42,156 bases of DNA from Candidatus Staskawiczbacteria bacterium (GTDB lineage Bacteria > Patescibacteriota > Minisyncoccia > Minisyncoccales > Staskawiczbacteraceae), in contig JAPLZF010000012.1 in assembly GCA_026395175.1 (NCBI GenBank), forward strand, positions 1 through 42,156, in the 5' to 3' direction. The notes below the pieces were generated by a model, which worked only from the letters and a program-made list of their open reading frames with translations, was not told the origin of the DNA and made no database searches. Both the position numbers and the translations under genes were made by a program. Positions 8,290-18,082 of the stretch are shown one piece after another. Numbering within the stretch: the stretch's first letter is position 1; every line of letters starts with the position of its first letter.

Positions 8290-9621
8290 ATGCCAAGATT
8301 TTTAGTAAAAGACGCAGTAAAACACATTGGAGAAAAAGTCAGGCTTTGCGGATGGGTGAATGTCAGAAGGGCCCACGGCAAAATTTTATTCATTGACTTG
8401 CGCGACATTTCCGGAGTTATGCAGGTTGTTTTTGTGCCTTCAAACAAAGAGGTTTATGAACTGGCAGAAACCCTGAGGCCCGAATGGGTAGTGGAAATTA
8501 TAGGACAGGTTGTGAAGAGGCCAGAAAACATGGTTAATGATAAAATTGAAAGCGGGCAAGTTGAAATGTCGGTTGAAAGCCTGAAGGTTTTGGCAGAAGC
8601 TGAAACTCCGCCAATTCCGGTAGGCGAAGAAAATACAGAAGAGGTTGAAATTGACAAAAGGATGGACTGGCGATGGATAGATTTGCGTAAGCCCAAGAAT
8701 GCCCTGATTTTTGAAGTTTGGACGTTGATGGAAGAATCATTCAGGAAATATTGGACTTCAAATAATTATTTGGAAATACATTCGCCAAAATTGATTGCTG
8801 CAGCTTCAGAATCGGGAGCGGAAGTTTTTGAAGTAAAATATTTTAAAACAAAAGCGTATCTTGCACAAAGTCCGCAATTTTACAAGCAAATGGCAATGGC
8901 ATCAGGATTTGAAAAAGTTTTTGAGGTTGGGCCGGTTTTTCGCGCCGAACCGTCATTTACTTCGCGCCATGCCACAGAATTTACAGGATACGACGCAGAA
9001 ATTTCTTTTATTAATTCTCATTATGATGTCATCGAGGAAGAGGAAAGAATGATTGCCTATGGCCTGCAACAAATAAAAGAAATTTATGGAGAGAAAATTG
9101 AAAAAATGTTTGGCAGGGAAGTTGTTGTTCCCTCGGTTCCGTTTCCAAGATTGTCCATAAAAGAAGCAAAAGCAATTCTTAAAAAACGCAAGATAAAAAA
9201 TGAAAGGGAAGGCGACTTGTCGCCGGAAGAAGAACGCGAGGTCAGCAATTATATCAAAGAAAAATACGGGCATGAATTTGTATTTGTTACAGAGTATCCT
9301 GTTTCGGTAAGGCCTTTTTACCACATGCATGACGAAAAAGATCCGACGCTTACAAAAAGCTTTGATTTGCTGTGGAACGGTCTTGAAATTACAACGGGCG
9401 CTCAAAGGGAACATCGATATGATGTTTTAATGAAACAGGCAAAGCAGAAAGGAATGAATGTCAAAAAATTGAAATTTTATCTGGATTTTTTCAAGTATGG
9501 CTGCCCGCCGCACGGTGGTTATGGCATGGGACCGAATCGCATGATTATGAAACTTTTTGATTTGGATAATGTAAGAGATGCCATGTTTGTTTATCGCGGC
9601 GTAAAACGATTAACTCCATAA
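8290..9621 (+). CDS. aspS: Aspartate--tRNA ligase, short archaeal/non-discriminating type
   Basis: OB-fold (GWV..RR..GKILFIDLRD), LAQSPQFYKQ, FRAE, GAQREH, PPHGG; 443 aa with no GAD insertion. Confidence 0.92.
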   Translation: MPRFLVKDAVKHIGEKVRLCGWVNVRRAHGKILFIDLRDISGVMQVVFVPSNKEVYELAETLRPEWVVEIIGQVVKRPENMVNDKIESGQVEMSVESLKVLAEAETPPIPVGEENTEEVEIDKRMDWRWIDLRKPKNALIFEVWTLMEESFRKYWTSNNYLEIHSPKLIAAASESGAEVFEVKYFKTKAYLAQSPQFYKQMAMASGFEKVFEVGPVFRAEPSFTSRHATEFTGYDAEISFINSHYDVIEEEERMIAYGLQQIKEIYGEKIEKMFGREVVVPSVPFPRLSIKEAKAILKKRKIKNEREGDLSPEEEREVSNYIKEKYGHEFVFVTEYPVSVRPFYHMHDEKDPTLTKSFDLLWNGLEITTGAQREHRYDVLMKQAKQKGMNVKKLKFYLDFFKYGCPPHGGYGMGPNRMIMKLFDLDNVRDAMFVYRGVKRLTP

Positions 9622-9627
9622 TTTAAA

Positions 9628-10539
9628 ATGAATTTTAAGCGCGCTATTGCCGGACCGTTATTGTCAATTGTTTTTTTAGTAATTTTTTTGTATATGATTT
9701 CCGGAGTTAAATTGATTTTTGAAAATTATCAGCAGAACGAAAAAAATATTGCTTCAGCGAGCGTTGCAGACAGCGTCCAGAATATTTTTGAAGAACCTGA
9801 TATCCATGCCCAGTCGGCAATTTCCGTTTGGACTGATCTTTCAGGACAATCCGACAAAGTTTTATTCAGCAAAAACGAGCAAAGAATACTTTCTGTGGCA
9901 AGCATAAGCAAATTGATGACTGCCCTGGTAGTTGTGGAGAATTCAGACCTTTCCCAAAAAATAACAATAAGCGATAAATCCGCCAACCAAAGCAAAGACT
10001 CAGAACCGTTGAAAGCAGGAGAAACATATTTTGCAAAAGACCTTTTGTATACAATGCTGATTGGCTCGGACAATACAGCCAGTTATGCTCTTTCAGAATC
10101 GATTGGCGCAGATAAATTTGTCGGGCTGATGAATGAAAAAACAAAAGAGCTGGGGCTTTCTGACACTTCATTTGAAAATCCGACAGGTCTTGGCTTGGAA
10201 AATTTTTCAACAGCGCATGATTTGGCAAAACTGGCTGAATATTTATTGAAAGAGCATTCTTCTATTTTGGCAATAACAACCACGCCGGAATTCAATCTTT
10301 ACAGCGCTGATGGTAAAATTATGCATGAAATTATCAATACAGACAAATTATTAAATGATTCATCGGACTTGGCGGAAAGGATTATTGGAGGAAAAACCGG
10401 CGACACGAGAACTGCCGGCAAGTGCCTGCTTCTGGTGGTAACCTCGCCAGATAATCAGGGTTATTTTATAAATGTAATTTTAAATTCAAATGACAGATTC
10501 GGAGAAATGAAAAAATTAATTAATAGATATGCTAATTAG
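9628..10539 (+). CDS. D-alanyl-D-alanine carboxypeptidase (peptidase S11)
   Basis: SISK (SxxK), SDN, F.NPTGL, KTG; N-terminal TM helix. Confidence 0.92.
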   Translation: MNFKRAIAGPLLSIVFLVIFLYMISGVKLIFENYQQNEKNIASASVADSVQNIFEEPDIHAQSAISVWTDLSGQSDKVLFSKNEQRILSVASISKLMTALVVVENSDLSQKITISDKSANQSKDSEPLKAGETYFAKDLLYTMLIGSDNTASYALSESIGADKFVGLMNEKTKELGLSDTSFENPTGLGLENFSTAHDLAKLAEYLLKEHSSILAITTTPEFNLYSADGKIMHEIINTDKLLNDSSDLAERIIGGKTGDTRTAGKCLLLVVTSPDNQGYFINVILNSNDRFGEMKKLINRYAN

Positions 10540-10545
10540 CGCAAT

Positions 10546-11613
10546 ATGCAAATAACATTACTTACCTTTAATGTCATAAAAGTTTTCAGCTTAGCGGCAT
10601 TAGCTTCGGCCTTTGCAATTTTATGGTGCCCTTTGCTGACGCATTTTTTATATAAACATAAACTTTGGAAAAAATCAGCCAGGCAGAAAGCAATTTCCGG
10701 AGAAGATGCAGTTGTTTTTAATGGGCTTCATAAAGAAAAAGAAATTGGCACGCCTCGCATGGGCGGACTTTTAATTTGGCTCACGGTTGTTTTTATTGCA
10801 TTTTTATTTTTTATATTGTCTTTAATTTTTCCAAACACATGGATTGCCCAATTTAATTTTTTTTCAAGAGGCCAAACATGGCTGCCTATTTTCACTTTGG
10901 TTGTTGCGTCATTTGTTGGGTTGGTAGACGATGCTTTGGTTGTTAGAGGCCAAGGAAAATATGTAGGCGGAGGGCTGTCTTTTAAAAAACGATTTTTGCT
11001 GGTAACTTTAATCGGCCTTATCGGAAGCATTTGGTTTTACCAAAAATTAGGATGGGATGTAATTTTTATTCCTTTTGTGGGAGATGTTTCAATTGGGTTA
11101 CTTTATATTCCCTTGTTTATAACAGTAACTGTCGCCTGCTGGTCTGGTGGAATTATTGACGGATTGGACGGCCTTGCCGGCGGAACTTTTGCGTCAATTT
11201 TTGGCGCTCTTACAATTATTTCTTTTTCTTTGGGAAAAATTGATTTGGCATCTTTTTGCGCAGTTATTACGGGAACTTTGTTTGCTTTTTTGTGGTTTAA
11301 TATTCCGCCTGCTAGGTTTTATATGGGAGAAACAGGAATACTTGGCCTAACAACAGTTTTAGCTGTTATAGCTTTTTTAACAGATTCTGTTTATGTTCTG
11401 CCCATAATTGCCGGATTATTAGTGGTTGAAGTTTTGTCTGTAATAATTCAACTTTTATCTAAAAAATTTAGGAAAAAGAAAATTTTTCTTTCTACACCAA
11501 TTCATCATCATTTTGAGGCAATTGGCTGGCCTGCATATAAAGTCACAATGCGCACCTGGATTGTTGGGGTTGTTTTAGCGCTTATTGGTGTTGCAATAAG
11601 ATTGTTAAGATAG
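10546..11613 (+). CDS. mraY: Phospho-N-acetylmuramoyl-pentapeptide transferase
   Basis: TPRMGG, GLVDD, DGLDGL, PARFYMGETG, PIHHHFE. Confidence 0.95.
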   Translation: MQITLLTFNVIKVFSLAALASAFAILWCPLLTHFLYKHKLWKKSARQKAISGEDAVVFNGLHKEKEIGTPRMGGLLIWLTVVFIAFLFFILSLIFPNTWIAQFNFFSRGQTWLPIFTLVVASFVGLVDDALVVRGQGKYVGGGLSFKKRFLLVTLIGLIGSIWFYQKLGWDVIFIPFVGDVSIGLLYIPLFITVTVACWSGGIIDGLDGLAGGTFASIFGALTIISFSLGKIDLASFCAVITGTLFAFLWFNIPPARFYMGETGILGLTTVLAVIAFLTDSVYVLPIIAGLLVVEVLSVIIQLLSKKFRKKKIFLSTPIHHHFEAIGWPAYKVTMRTWIVGVVLALIGVAIRLLR

Positions 11614-11633
11614 TATAATTTGGAATTATATCA

Positions 11634-11704
11634 GGGCCCATAGTAAATCGGTATTACGCGTCCATGGCATGGACGAGGGCCGGGTTCGATTCCCGGTGGG
11701 TCCA
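11634..11704 (+). tRNA. tRNA-Ala(GGC)
   Basis: Acceptor GGGCCCA/TGGGTCC with G3:U70, anticodon arm CGTCC-ATGGCAT-GGACG, T-loop TTCGATT; CCA not encoded. Confidence 0.95.
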
Positions 11705-11705
11705 C

Positions 11706-11733
11706 AAAAAACCGAGCTTTCCGCTCGGTTTTT
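11706..11733 (+). terminator. Intrinsic terminator after tRNA-Ala
   Basis: AAAAACCGAGC-TTTCC-GCTCGGTTTTT. Confidence 0.8.
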
Positions 11734-11735
11734 GT

Positions 11736-11764
11736 TTGACATTTTGAGAAATTTAGTGTATGAT
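11736..11764 (+). promoter_or_regulatory. Sigma70 promoter for the helicase gene (probably leaderless)
   Basis: TTGACA-17bp-TATGAT, 6 nt before ATG 11771. Confidence 0.7.
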
Positions 11765-11770
11765 AAGTAT

Positions 11771-12997
11771 ATGATAGACAAAAAATTAGAAATACCTGTA
11801 AAGACTAATATAGAAACAACTTTTGGCGGGCTTTCCATAGCTCCCAGAATTCTTGATGTGCTTTCAAAAGCAGGATTTAGAACTCCAACCTCAATTCAGC
11901 ACAAAGCAATTCCAGCTGCAATTGAAGGCAAAGACATTATTGGAATTGCCCAAACCGGAACAGGAAAAACTTTGGCGTTTTCAATTCCGCTGATACAGCA
12001 AATTTTAAAAAATCCAAAAACAAAAGGTTTGATTATTTTACCAACAAGAGAATTGGCACTGCAGGTTGACGAAGCCATACAAAAAATTGGCAGGGGATTT
12101 GGCATTAAAACAGCTGTGCTGATTGGCGGAAGTTCAATTCGCATGCAAACCAAAGAAATATATAACAATCCGCATATTGTAATTGGAACTCCTGGAAGAA
12201 TTAATGATTTAATAAACCAAAGAATTTTAAATTTGCAAAATGTTTCTGTGCTGGTTTTAGACGAAGCCGACAGAATGTTTGATATGGGTTTTGCTCCTCA
12301 AATAACCAGAATTTTGCAATCGGTTCCTGAAGAAAGGCAGACATTATTGTTTTCTGCAACAATGCCCGACGGCATTGCAAAAATTGCCTCGCATCATATG
12401 AAACTTCCGGTTCGCGTGGAAATTGACAAAGCCGGAACTACTGCAGAAAATGTTGAACACGAATTGTTTGTTGTCAAGAAAGACCAAAAACTTTCCTTGC
12501 TGAAAAAATTGCTGAAAGATTATAAAGGAAGCGTTTTAATTTTTTTAAGAGTAAAACACGGCGCCAAAAAAATCTGTAATGCATTACGAGACGTTGGAAT
12601 TTCTTCAGCAGAAATCCATTCCAACAGGTCGCAAAACCAAAGAAAGGAAGCCCTGGAAGGATTTAAAAACGGCAGATATCGAGTTCTTGTGGCAACAGAT
12701 ATTGCCTCGCGTGGAATTGATGTAAAAAACATTGAATTGGTTGTAAATTTTGACCTTCCGGAAAACCCCGAAGATTATGTGCACAGAATTGGCAGAACCG
12801 GCAGAGCAGGGCTTTCGGGAAAGGCAATTTCTTTTGCAATGCCAGACCAAGGAAGTAAAGTCCGCGAGATCGAAAAGCTAACCAGGTTGTTTTTGCCAAT
12901 TTCAAAATTACCCGATGACCTGCCCGTAGAACAAAAACAAAAAGCAGATAATTTTAACAGAAACAGAAGACCCAACTATGGCAAAAGAAGATATTAA
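11771..12997 (+). CDS. DEAD-box RNA helicase (RhlE-like)
   Basis: AQTGTGKT, PTRELA, TPGR, DEAD, SAT, HRIGRTGR; start moved to 11771 because the ORF-track start lies inside the tRNA. Confidence 0.95.
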   Translation: MIDKKLEIPVKTNIETTFGGLSIAPRILDVLSKAGFRTPTSIQHKAIPAAIEGKDIIGIAQTGTGKTLAFSIPLIQQILKNPKTKGLIILPTRELALQVDEAIQKIGRGFGIKTAVLIGGSSIRMQTKEIYNNPHIVIGTPGRINDLINQRILNLQNVSVLVLDEADRMFDMGFAPQITRILQSVPEERQTLLFSATMPDGIAKIASHHMKLPVRVEIDKAGTTAENVEHELFVVKKDQKLSLLKKLLKDYKGSVLIFLRVKHGAKKICNALRDVGISSAEIHSNRSQNQRKEALEGFKNGRYRVLVATDIASRGIDVKNIELVVNFDLPENPEDYVHRIGRTGRAGLSGKAISFAMPDQGSKVREIEKLTRLFLPISKLPDDLPVEQKQKADNFNRNRRPNYGKRRY

Positions 12998-13058
12998 ATT
13001 TGATTTGTTAAATTGTTTGTTATATTATAAAAAAGTGTAATTATTAAAACATAAAAAT

Positions 13059-14105
13059 ATGGAAAAAGAAATAATGGCAGAATATATTTGGCTTGATGGA
13101 AGAAAACCAACTGCCAAATTAAGGTCAAAAACAAAAGTAATAAATGGGCCTATAGAAAGCTTGGAGCAAATTCCTGCTTGGGGATTTGACGGTTCTTCAA
13201 CAGAACAGGCAGAAGGGCATTTTTCTGATTGCCTGTTGAAACCCGTTGCCTTTATAAAGGATCCGGTCAGGGGCGAGCCAAATATTTTGGTAATGTGCGA
13301 AGTGCAAAATCCTGACGGAACTCCTCACCCAACAAACACAAGACACATCTTGGCAGATGTTGCCCAAAAGTATGCCGAGCAAAAACCATTGTTTGGAGTT
13401 GAGCAGGAATACACTTTATACCAGGATGACAGGCCATTTGGTTGGCCGGAAAAAGGGTTTCCTCATCCTCAGGGAAAATATTATTGCGGAATTGGCGCTG
13501 ACGAAGTTTATGGAAGGCCTGTTGTTGAGCATCATATGAAAGCATGCCTGGAAGCCGGAATTATGATTTCTGGAATTAATGCTGAAGTTATGCCGGGCCA
13601 GTGGGAGTTCCAGGTTGGTCCCTTGCCAACATTACAAGCAGCCGACCAATTGTGGCTGGCAAGATGGCTTTTGTACCGTTTGGGAGAAGATTATAACGCT
13701 TATGCAAAGCTTGACCCAAAGCCAATGCCCGGAGACTGGAACGGAGCCGGCGGACACACAAATTTTTCCACAGAAAAAATGAGAGCCGACGGGGGACTGA
13801 ATGTTATAAAAGAAGCCTGCGAGAAATTGGGGAAATTTCACTCGCAACACATTGCAGTTTATGGAGCCGACAATGACAAGCGCCTAACCGGAAAACACGA
13901 AACCTGCAGTATACATGAATTCAGATATGGAGTGTCTGACAGGGGAGCTTCTGTAAGAATTCCAGCCCGCGTTGCAAGCGAGGGCAAAGGATATTTGGAA
14001 GACCGCAGACCGGCAGCCAATTTAGACCCATATCAAATTTTTACCGCGCTTTTGGAAACCACCTGCGGAGAAGGCTTTGACCCAAAAAAGTACTCCTGGG
14101 CATAA
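13059..14105 (+). CDS. glnII: Glutamine synthetase type II
   Basis: 348 aa; AEYIWLDG, LRSKT, WGFDGSST, NAEVMPGQWEFQVGP, GDWNGAG, RLTGKHET, EDRRPA. Confidence 0.93.
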   Translation: MEKEIMAEYIWLDGRKPTAKLRSKTKVINGPIESLEQIPAWGFDGSSTEQAEGHFSDCLLKPVAFIKDPVRGEPNILVMCEVQNPDGTPHPTNTRHILADVAQKYAEQKPLFGVEQEYTLYQDDRPFGWPEKGFPHPQGKYYCGIGADEVYGRPVVEHHMKACLEAGIMISGINAEVMPGQWEFQVGPLPTLQAADQLWLARWLLYRLGEDYNAYAKLDPKPMPGDWNGAGGHTNFSTEKMRADGGLNVIKEACEKLGKFHSQHIAVYGADNDKRLTGKHETCSIHEFRYGVSDRGASVRIPARVASEGKGYLEDRRPAANLDPYQIFTALLETTCGEGFDPKKYSWA

Positions 14106-14112
14106 TCTATTC

Positions 14113-14137
14113 AAAAAACACCTTAAAGGTGTTTTTT
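14113..14137 (+). terminator. Intrinsic terminator
   Basis: AAAAAACACCT-TAA-AGGTGTTTTTT. Confidence 0.75.
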
Positions 14138-14176
14138 GTTATTGATTTGATAAAGTTTTTTTGGTAATATTATTGT

Positions 14177-15367
14177 ATGAATATTAAAATGAATTATAAA
14201 AAAGTAATTTTTGGAGTTGTCATTGTTTTAGTTGTTGTTGGCGCGTTTTTGGGCGGAACTTGGTATGGCGCAAAGGTTGTTGTGTATCACGTGCCACAGC
14301 CCGGAACAATTGATTTTTCACTTTTTTGGGACGCTTACAATAAACTTCAGCAGAATTTTATTGACCCTTCAAAAATAACCAATCAAAAAATAACCTATGG
14401 CGCAATAGAAGGAATGACAAATGCGCTGGGAGACCCTTATACAGACTTTTTTGACCCGCCACAGGCGCAAAGATTCCAGCAAGATTTAGCAGGCTCCTTT
14501 GACGGCATTGGAGCAGAAATTGGAGTTAAAAAAGATTTGCTGACAATAATTGCTCCGCTAAAAGGCACTCCGGCAGAAAATGCAGGATTGCGCGCCGGGG
14601 ATATAATTTCAAAAATAAACACAAAAGACACAACCAACATGACTGCCGACGAGGCAGTAAGCCTAATTCGGGGACAAAAAGGCACCGAGGTGACTTTAAC
14701 TATTTTTCGCGACGGCTGGACAAACACAAAAGATTTTAAAATTGTCAGAGACACCATAAAAGTTCCTTCAATTGAATGGTCACTTAAGGGAGACGTGGCA
14801 TACATACAAATGTATCAGTTTGACGAAACGCTTTCCCCAGATTTTAAAACAGCAGCGCTTGCCATCTTGCAAAGTCCTGCAAAAAAGATAGTATTAGACT
14901 TAAGGAACAATCCCGGAGGATATTTGCAAACCGCCCAGGACATTGCAGGCTGGTTTTTGCAAAAAGGCCAAACTGTGACAATTGAGGATTTTGGAAAAGG
15001 AAAAACCCAGCAAATATACAAAACAGAGGGAAACGCCGAATTGGCAAATTATCCGATGGTTATTTTAATAAACCAGGGCTCGGCTTCAGCTGCCGAAATT
15101 TTAGCAGGAGCCTTGCGTGACAACAGAAAAATAAAATTAGTTGGAAATAAATCTTTTGGAAAAGGTTCTGTTCAGGAAGTTGTAAATCTGCGGGACGGTT
15201 CGTTTTTAAAAATAACCATTGCGCACTGGCTGACTCCAAAAGGCAGTTTTATTTCAGATGTTGGTTTGGCTCCCGATGTTAAAGTAGACATTTCAGACCA
15301 GGACGTTCAGGCAAAAAAAGACCCGCAGTTGGACAAGGCCCTTGAAATCGTAAACAATTTAAAGTAG
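14177..15367 (+). CDS. ctpA: Carboxyl-terminal processing protease (S41A) with PDZ domain
   Basis: LGDPYT, GIGAEI, LDLRNNPGG, SASAAEI, GKGSVQ. Confidence 0.93.
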   Translation: MNIKMNYKKVIFGVVIVLVVVGAFLGGTWYGAKVVVYHVPQPGTIDFSLFWDAYNKLQQNFIDPSKITNQKITYGAIEGMTNALGDPYTDFFDPPQAQRFQQDLAGSFDGIGAEIGVKKDLLTIIAPLKGTPAENAGLRAGDIISKINTKDTTNMTADEAVSLIRGQKGTEVTLTIFRDGWTNTKDFKIVRDTIKVPSIEWSLKGDVAYIQMYQFDETLSPDFKTAALAILQSPAKKIVLDLRNNPGGYLQTAQDIAGWFLQKGQTVTIEDFGKGKTQQIYKTEGNAELANYPMVILINQGSASAAEILAGALRDNRKIKLVGNKSFGKGSVQEVVNLRDGSFLKITIAHWLTPKGSFISDVGLAPDVKVDISDQDVQAKKDPQLDKALEIVNNLK

Positions 15368-15404
15368 AATAAAAAATTATAATAGTAATAGCAAAATATC
15401 AAAT

Positions 15405-15875
15405 ATGAAAGTCATTCTCTTACAAGATGTTGAGGGTCTTGGAAAAAAATATGAAGTAAAGGAAGTAAAAGACGGCCACGCCAGAAATCTTTTGTTGCCG
15501 GAAAAAATGGCTAAGGCTGCAACAAAGGAGGCTTTAAAATGGTTGTCTGACCAAAAAGAGGTTATAGAGAAAGAAGCAGAAGAAGATTTAAAAAAAGAAC
15601 AATCTGTTGCTTCAGAGCTTGATGGGTCAGAAGTTGCTATTTTAGTTAAGGTTGGCGACGAAGACCAACTTTTTGAATCTATAAACGCGCAAAAAATTGC
15701 CGAGAAATTGAAAGAAATGGGCTTTGAAATTAAAAAATCTCAAATTAAATTGGCAGAGCCAATAAAAGAACTTGGAGAATTTCCAATTAGTGTAAGTTTA
15801 AAACACAATTTAGAGGCAGAAATAAAAGTAATAATTTCAGCAGATTCTGCTGAGAAAAAACTAGAAGAAGAATAA
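15405..15875 (+). CDS. rplI: 50S ribosomal protein L9
   Basis: MKVILLQDVEGLGK..EVKDGHARNLLLP; PIKELG. Confidence 0.96.
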   Translation: MKVILLQDVEGLGKKYEVKEVKDGHARNLLLPEKMAKAATKEALKWLSDQKEVIEKEAEEDLKKEQSVASELDGSEVAILVKVGDEDQLFESINAQKIAEKLKEMGFEIKKSQIKLAEPIKELGEFPISVSLKHNLEAEIKVIISADSAEKKLEEE

Positions 15876-15876
15876 A

Positions 15877-17502
15877 ATGCCAACAAAATATATTTTCGTC
15901 ACGGGGGGAGTTATGTCGGGCGTAGGCAAAGGAGTTGCAGCAGCTTCAATTGCCAAAATTCTCCAATCTCGAGGATTCAGTGTAACGGCTATTAAAATTG
16001 ACCCTTATGTCAACGTTGATGCCGGCACAATGAACCCAACCGAGCATGGAGAAGTTTTTGTTTTAGACGACGGAATGGAGTGCGACCAGGACATGGGAAA
16101 TTATGAAAGGTTTTTGGACACAAGCCTGTCTTCTGCAAATTATATGACAACAGGAAGCGTCTACCTTTCTGTAATCAACAAAGAACGCCACATGGAATAT
16201 GGTGGAAAATGCGTTGAGGTTGTTCCGCGAATTCCCATGGAAGTAATCGACAGGATTGATAAAGCAGTTGAAAAAGAAAATGCCGAAATTGTTGTTATTG
16301 AAATTGGCGGAACAGTTGGCGAATATGAAAATTTGCTTTTTTTAGAAGCAATAAAATTAATTAAATTAAAACATTCAAAAGATATTATTACGGTTTTGGT
16401 CAGTTACATACCAACTTTGGGCGCAGGTGGTAACGAATTAAAAACAAAACCAACCCAGCATGCAGTCAGGAATTTGAATGCGGTTGGAATTCAGCCGGAT
16501 ATTATTTTGGGCAGGGCAAATGTTCCGCTTGACGACAGGCGAAAGGAAAAAATTATGTTTACCTGCGGAGTAGAAAAAGAAGATGTAATTTCGGCTCCAA
16601 ATGTTGAAAGCATTTATGAGGTTCCGGTAAATTTTGAAAATGACAATATTTCAGACCGAATTTTAGAAAAGCTTTCTTTAAAAGCAAAAAATAAAGATTT
16701 AAAAGAATGGAGAGAATTTGTGCACAACATCCAAAACCCAGAGGGCGAAGTTAAAATTGGAATAATTGGAAAATATTTTGGCAGCGGAGATTTTATTCTA
16801 ACCGATTCATATATTTCTGTTATAGAATCTGTAAAACACGCAGCATATTTTGCCAAAAAAAAACCAATTATTGAATGGCTTGATTCTGATGTATATGAAA
16901 AAGATGCTTCAAAATTAAAAGAGCTGGACGAGTTAGACGGCATAATTGTTCCCGGCGGATTTGGAAACAGAGGAATAGATGGTAAAATTTTAGCCATTGG
17001 ATATTGCAGAGAAAATAAAATTCCATATTTTGGACTTTGCTATGGAATGCAATTAGCCACAATAGAATTTGCCAGAAATGTTGCAGGGCTAAAAGATGCC
17101 AACACAACCGAAATTAATAAAGACACAAAAAATCCTATTATAGACATAATGGAAGAACAAAAAACATTAATGAAAGAAAACAGATATGGAGGGTCAATGC
17201 GTCTTGGTGCTTATGATTGCAAATTAGTTGAGGGCACAAAAGCATTTTTGGCTTATGGAAAAAAAGATATTTCCGAACGCCACAGGCACAGATTTGAATT
17301 CAATAATAAATATCGCGACATTTTAACTGAAAAAGGATTGGTTATTTCGGGCATAAACCCGGATAGAGATTTGGTGGAAATAGTGGAGTTAAAAGACCAC
17401 CCTTTCTTTGTGGGCACGCAATTTCATCCTGAATTTAAATCAAGACCATTAACTCCTCATCCATTATTTCGTGAATTTGTGAAGGCGGCAATCCGGAAAT
17501 AA
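15877..17502 (+). CDS. pyrG: CTP synthase
   Basis: KYIFVTGGVMSGVGKG, KTKPTQH, GLCYGMQ, HRHRFE, QFHPEF. Confidence 0.98.
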   Translation: MPTKYIFVTGGVMSGVGKGVAAASIAKILQSRGFSVTAIKIDPYVNVDAGTMNPTEHGEVFVLDDGMECDQDMGNYERFLDTSLSSANYMTTGSVYLSVINKERHMEYGGKCVEVVPRIPMEVIDRIDKAVEKENAEIVVIEIGGTVGEYENLLFLEAIKLIKLKHSKDIITVLVSYIPTLGAGGNELKTKPTQHAVRNLNAVGIQPDIILGRANVPLDDRRKEKIMFTCGVEKEDVISAPNVESIYEVPVNFENDNISDRILEKLSLKAKNKDLKEWREFVHNIQNPEGEVKIGIIGKYFGSGDFILTDSYISVIESVKHAAYFAKKKPIIEWLDSDVYEKDASKLKELDELDGIIVPGGFGNRGIDGKILAIGYCRENKIPYFGLCYGMQLATIEFARNVAGLKDANTTEINKDTKNPIIDIMEEQKTLMKENRYGGSMRLGAYDCKLVEGTKAFLAYGKKDISERHRHRFEFNNKYRDILTEKGLVISGINPDRDLVEIVELKDHPFFVGTQFHPEFKSRPLTPHPLFREFVKAAIRK

Positions 17503-17587
17503 TAAAAAAGCAGGAATAAATATTTTGCACGCCCGCCAAACCCACGGCCAGCCCGAAAAGCAAAATATTTATTCCTGCTTTTTTATT
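17501..17587. terminator. Long inverted repeat (28-bp perfect arms, 31-nt loop) between convergent pyrG and rpmA; likely bidirectional terminator
   Basis: AATAAAAAAGCAGGAATAAATATTTTGC (17501-17528) and its exact reverse complement (17560-17587). Confidence 0.75.
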
Positions 17588-17864
17588 TTTTAGATTCTAC
17601 CGAAACTACTTTAGCTTTTCTTCTTGTTCCATTGAAAAGCAGTTTGGATTTTGTAGCAAATTTTACCACGCCATTTTTCATGGCATAGATTGTGTCGTCT
17701 GAACCTTTTTTAACATTTTTTCCCAAAAGATATCTTGTGCCGCGCTGTCTGATAATAATCATTCCAACTTTTACATCCTGGCCGGCATTAACCTTGACTC
17801 CAAGCCTTTTAGACTCTGAATCTCTGCCTAATCTGGATGAACCGCCTTGTTTAGTCTTTGACAT
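17583..17864 (-). CDS. rpmA: 50S ribosomal protein L27
   Basis: [20 protein letters not shown]. Confidence 0.96.
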   Translation of the reverse strand: MSKTKQGGSSRLGRDSESKRLGVKVNAGQDVKVGMIIIRQRGTRYLLGKNVKKGSDDTIYAMKNGVVKFATKSKLLFNGTRRKAKVVSVESKK

Positions 17865-17898
17865 AGTTTAAAATATTTATATTTAGTATAATAATATC

Positions 17899-18072
17899 AT
17901 GTTAGCAGAAATAAAGGATTTTGTCAAAGCCCGCAACTTTCTTAAAACGCATTTTAATGATATAATATTATTTATAATAGTCGCGCTTTTGGTTATGCTG
18001 GCATTTTCAGCAGGTTATATAATTGCAAAAGAGCAATCAAAAACGCCAATACAAATAAGTAATTTTAAATAA
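17899..18072 (+). CDS. Small single-pass membrane protein (57 aa; below the ORF-track cutoff)
   Basis: MLAEIKDFVKARNFLKTHFNDIILFIIVALLVMLAFSAGYIIAKEQSKTPIQISNFK*; TATAAT 6 nt upstream; ends 10 nt before uppS. Confidence 0.7.
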   Translation: MLAEIKDFVKARNFLKTHFNDIILFIIVALLVMLAFSAGYIIAKEQSKTPIQISNFK

Positions 18073-18082
18073 CAAATTTTAA

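Noticed and set aside
11669-11770. N-terminal extension of the DEAD helicase in the ORF track
   Set aside because: Overlaps tRNA-Ala and its terminator; the promoter points to ATG 11771.
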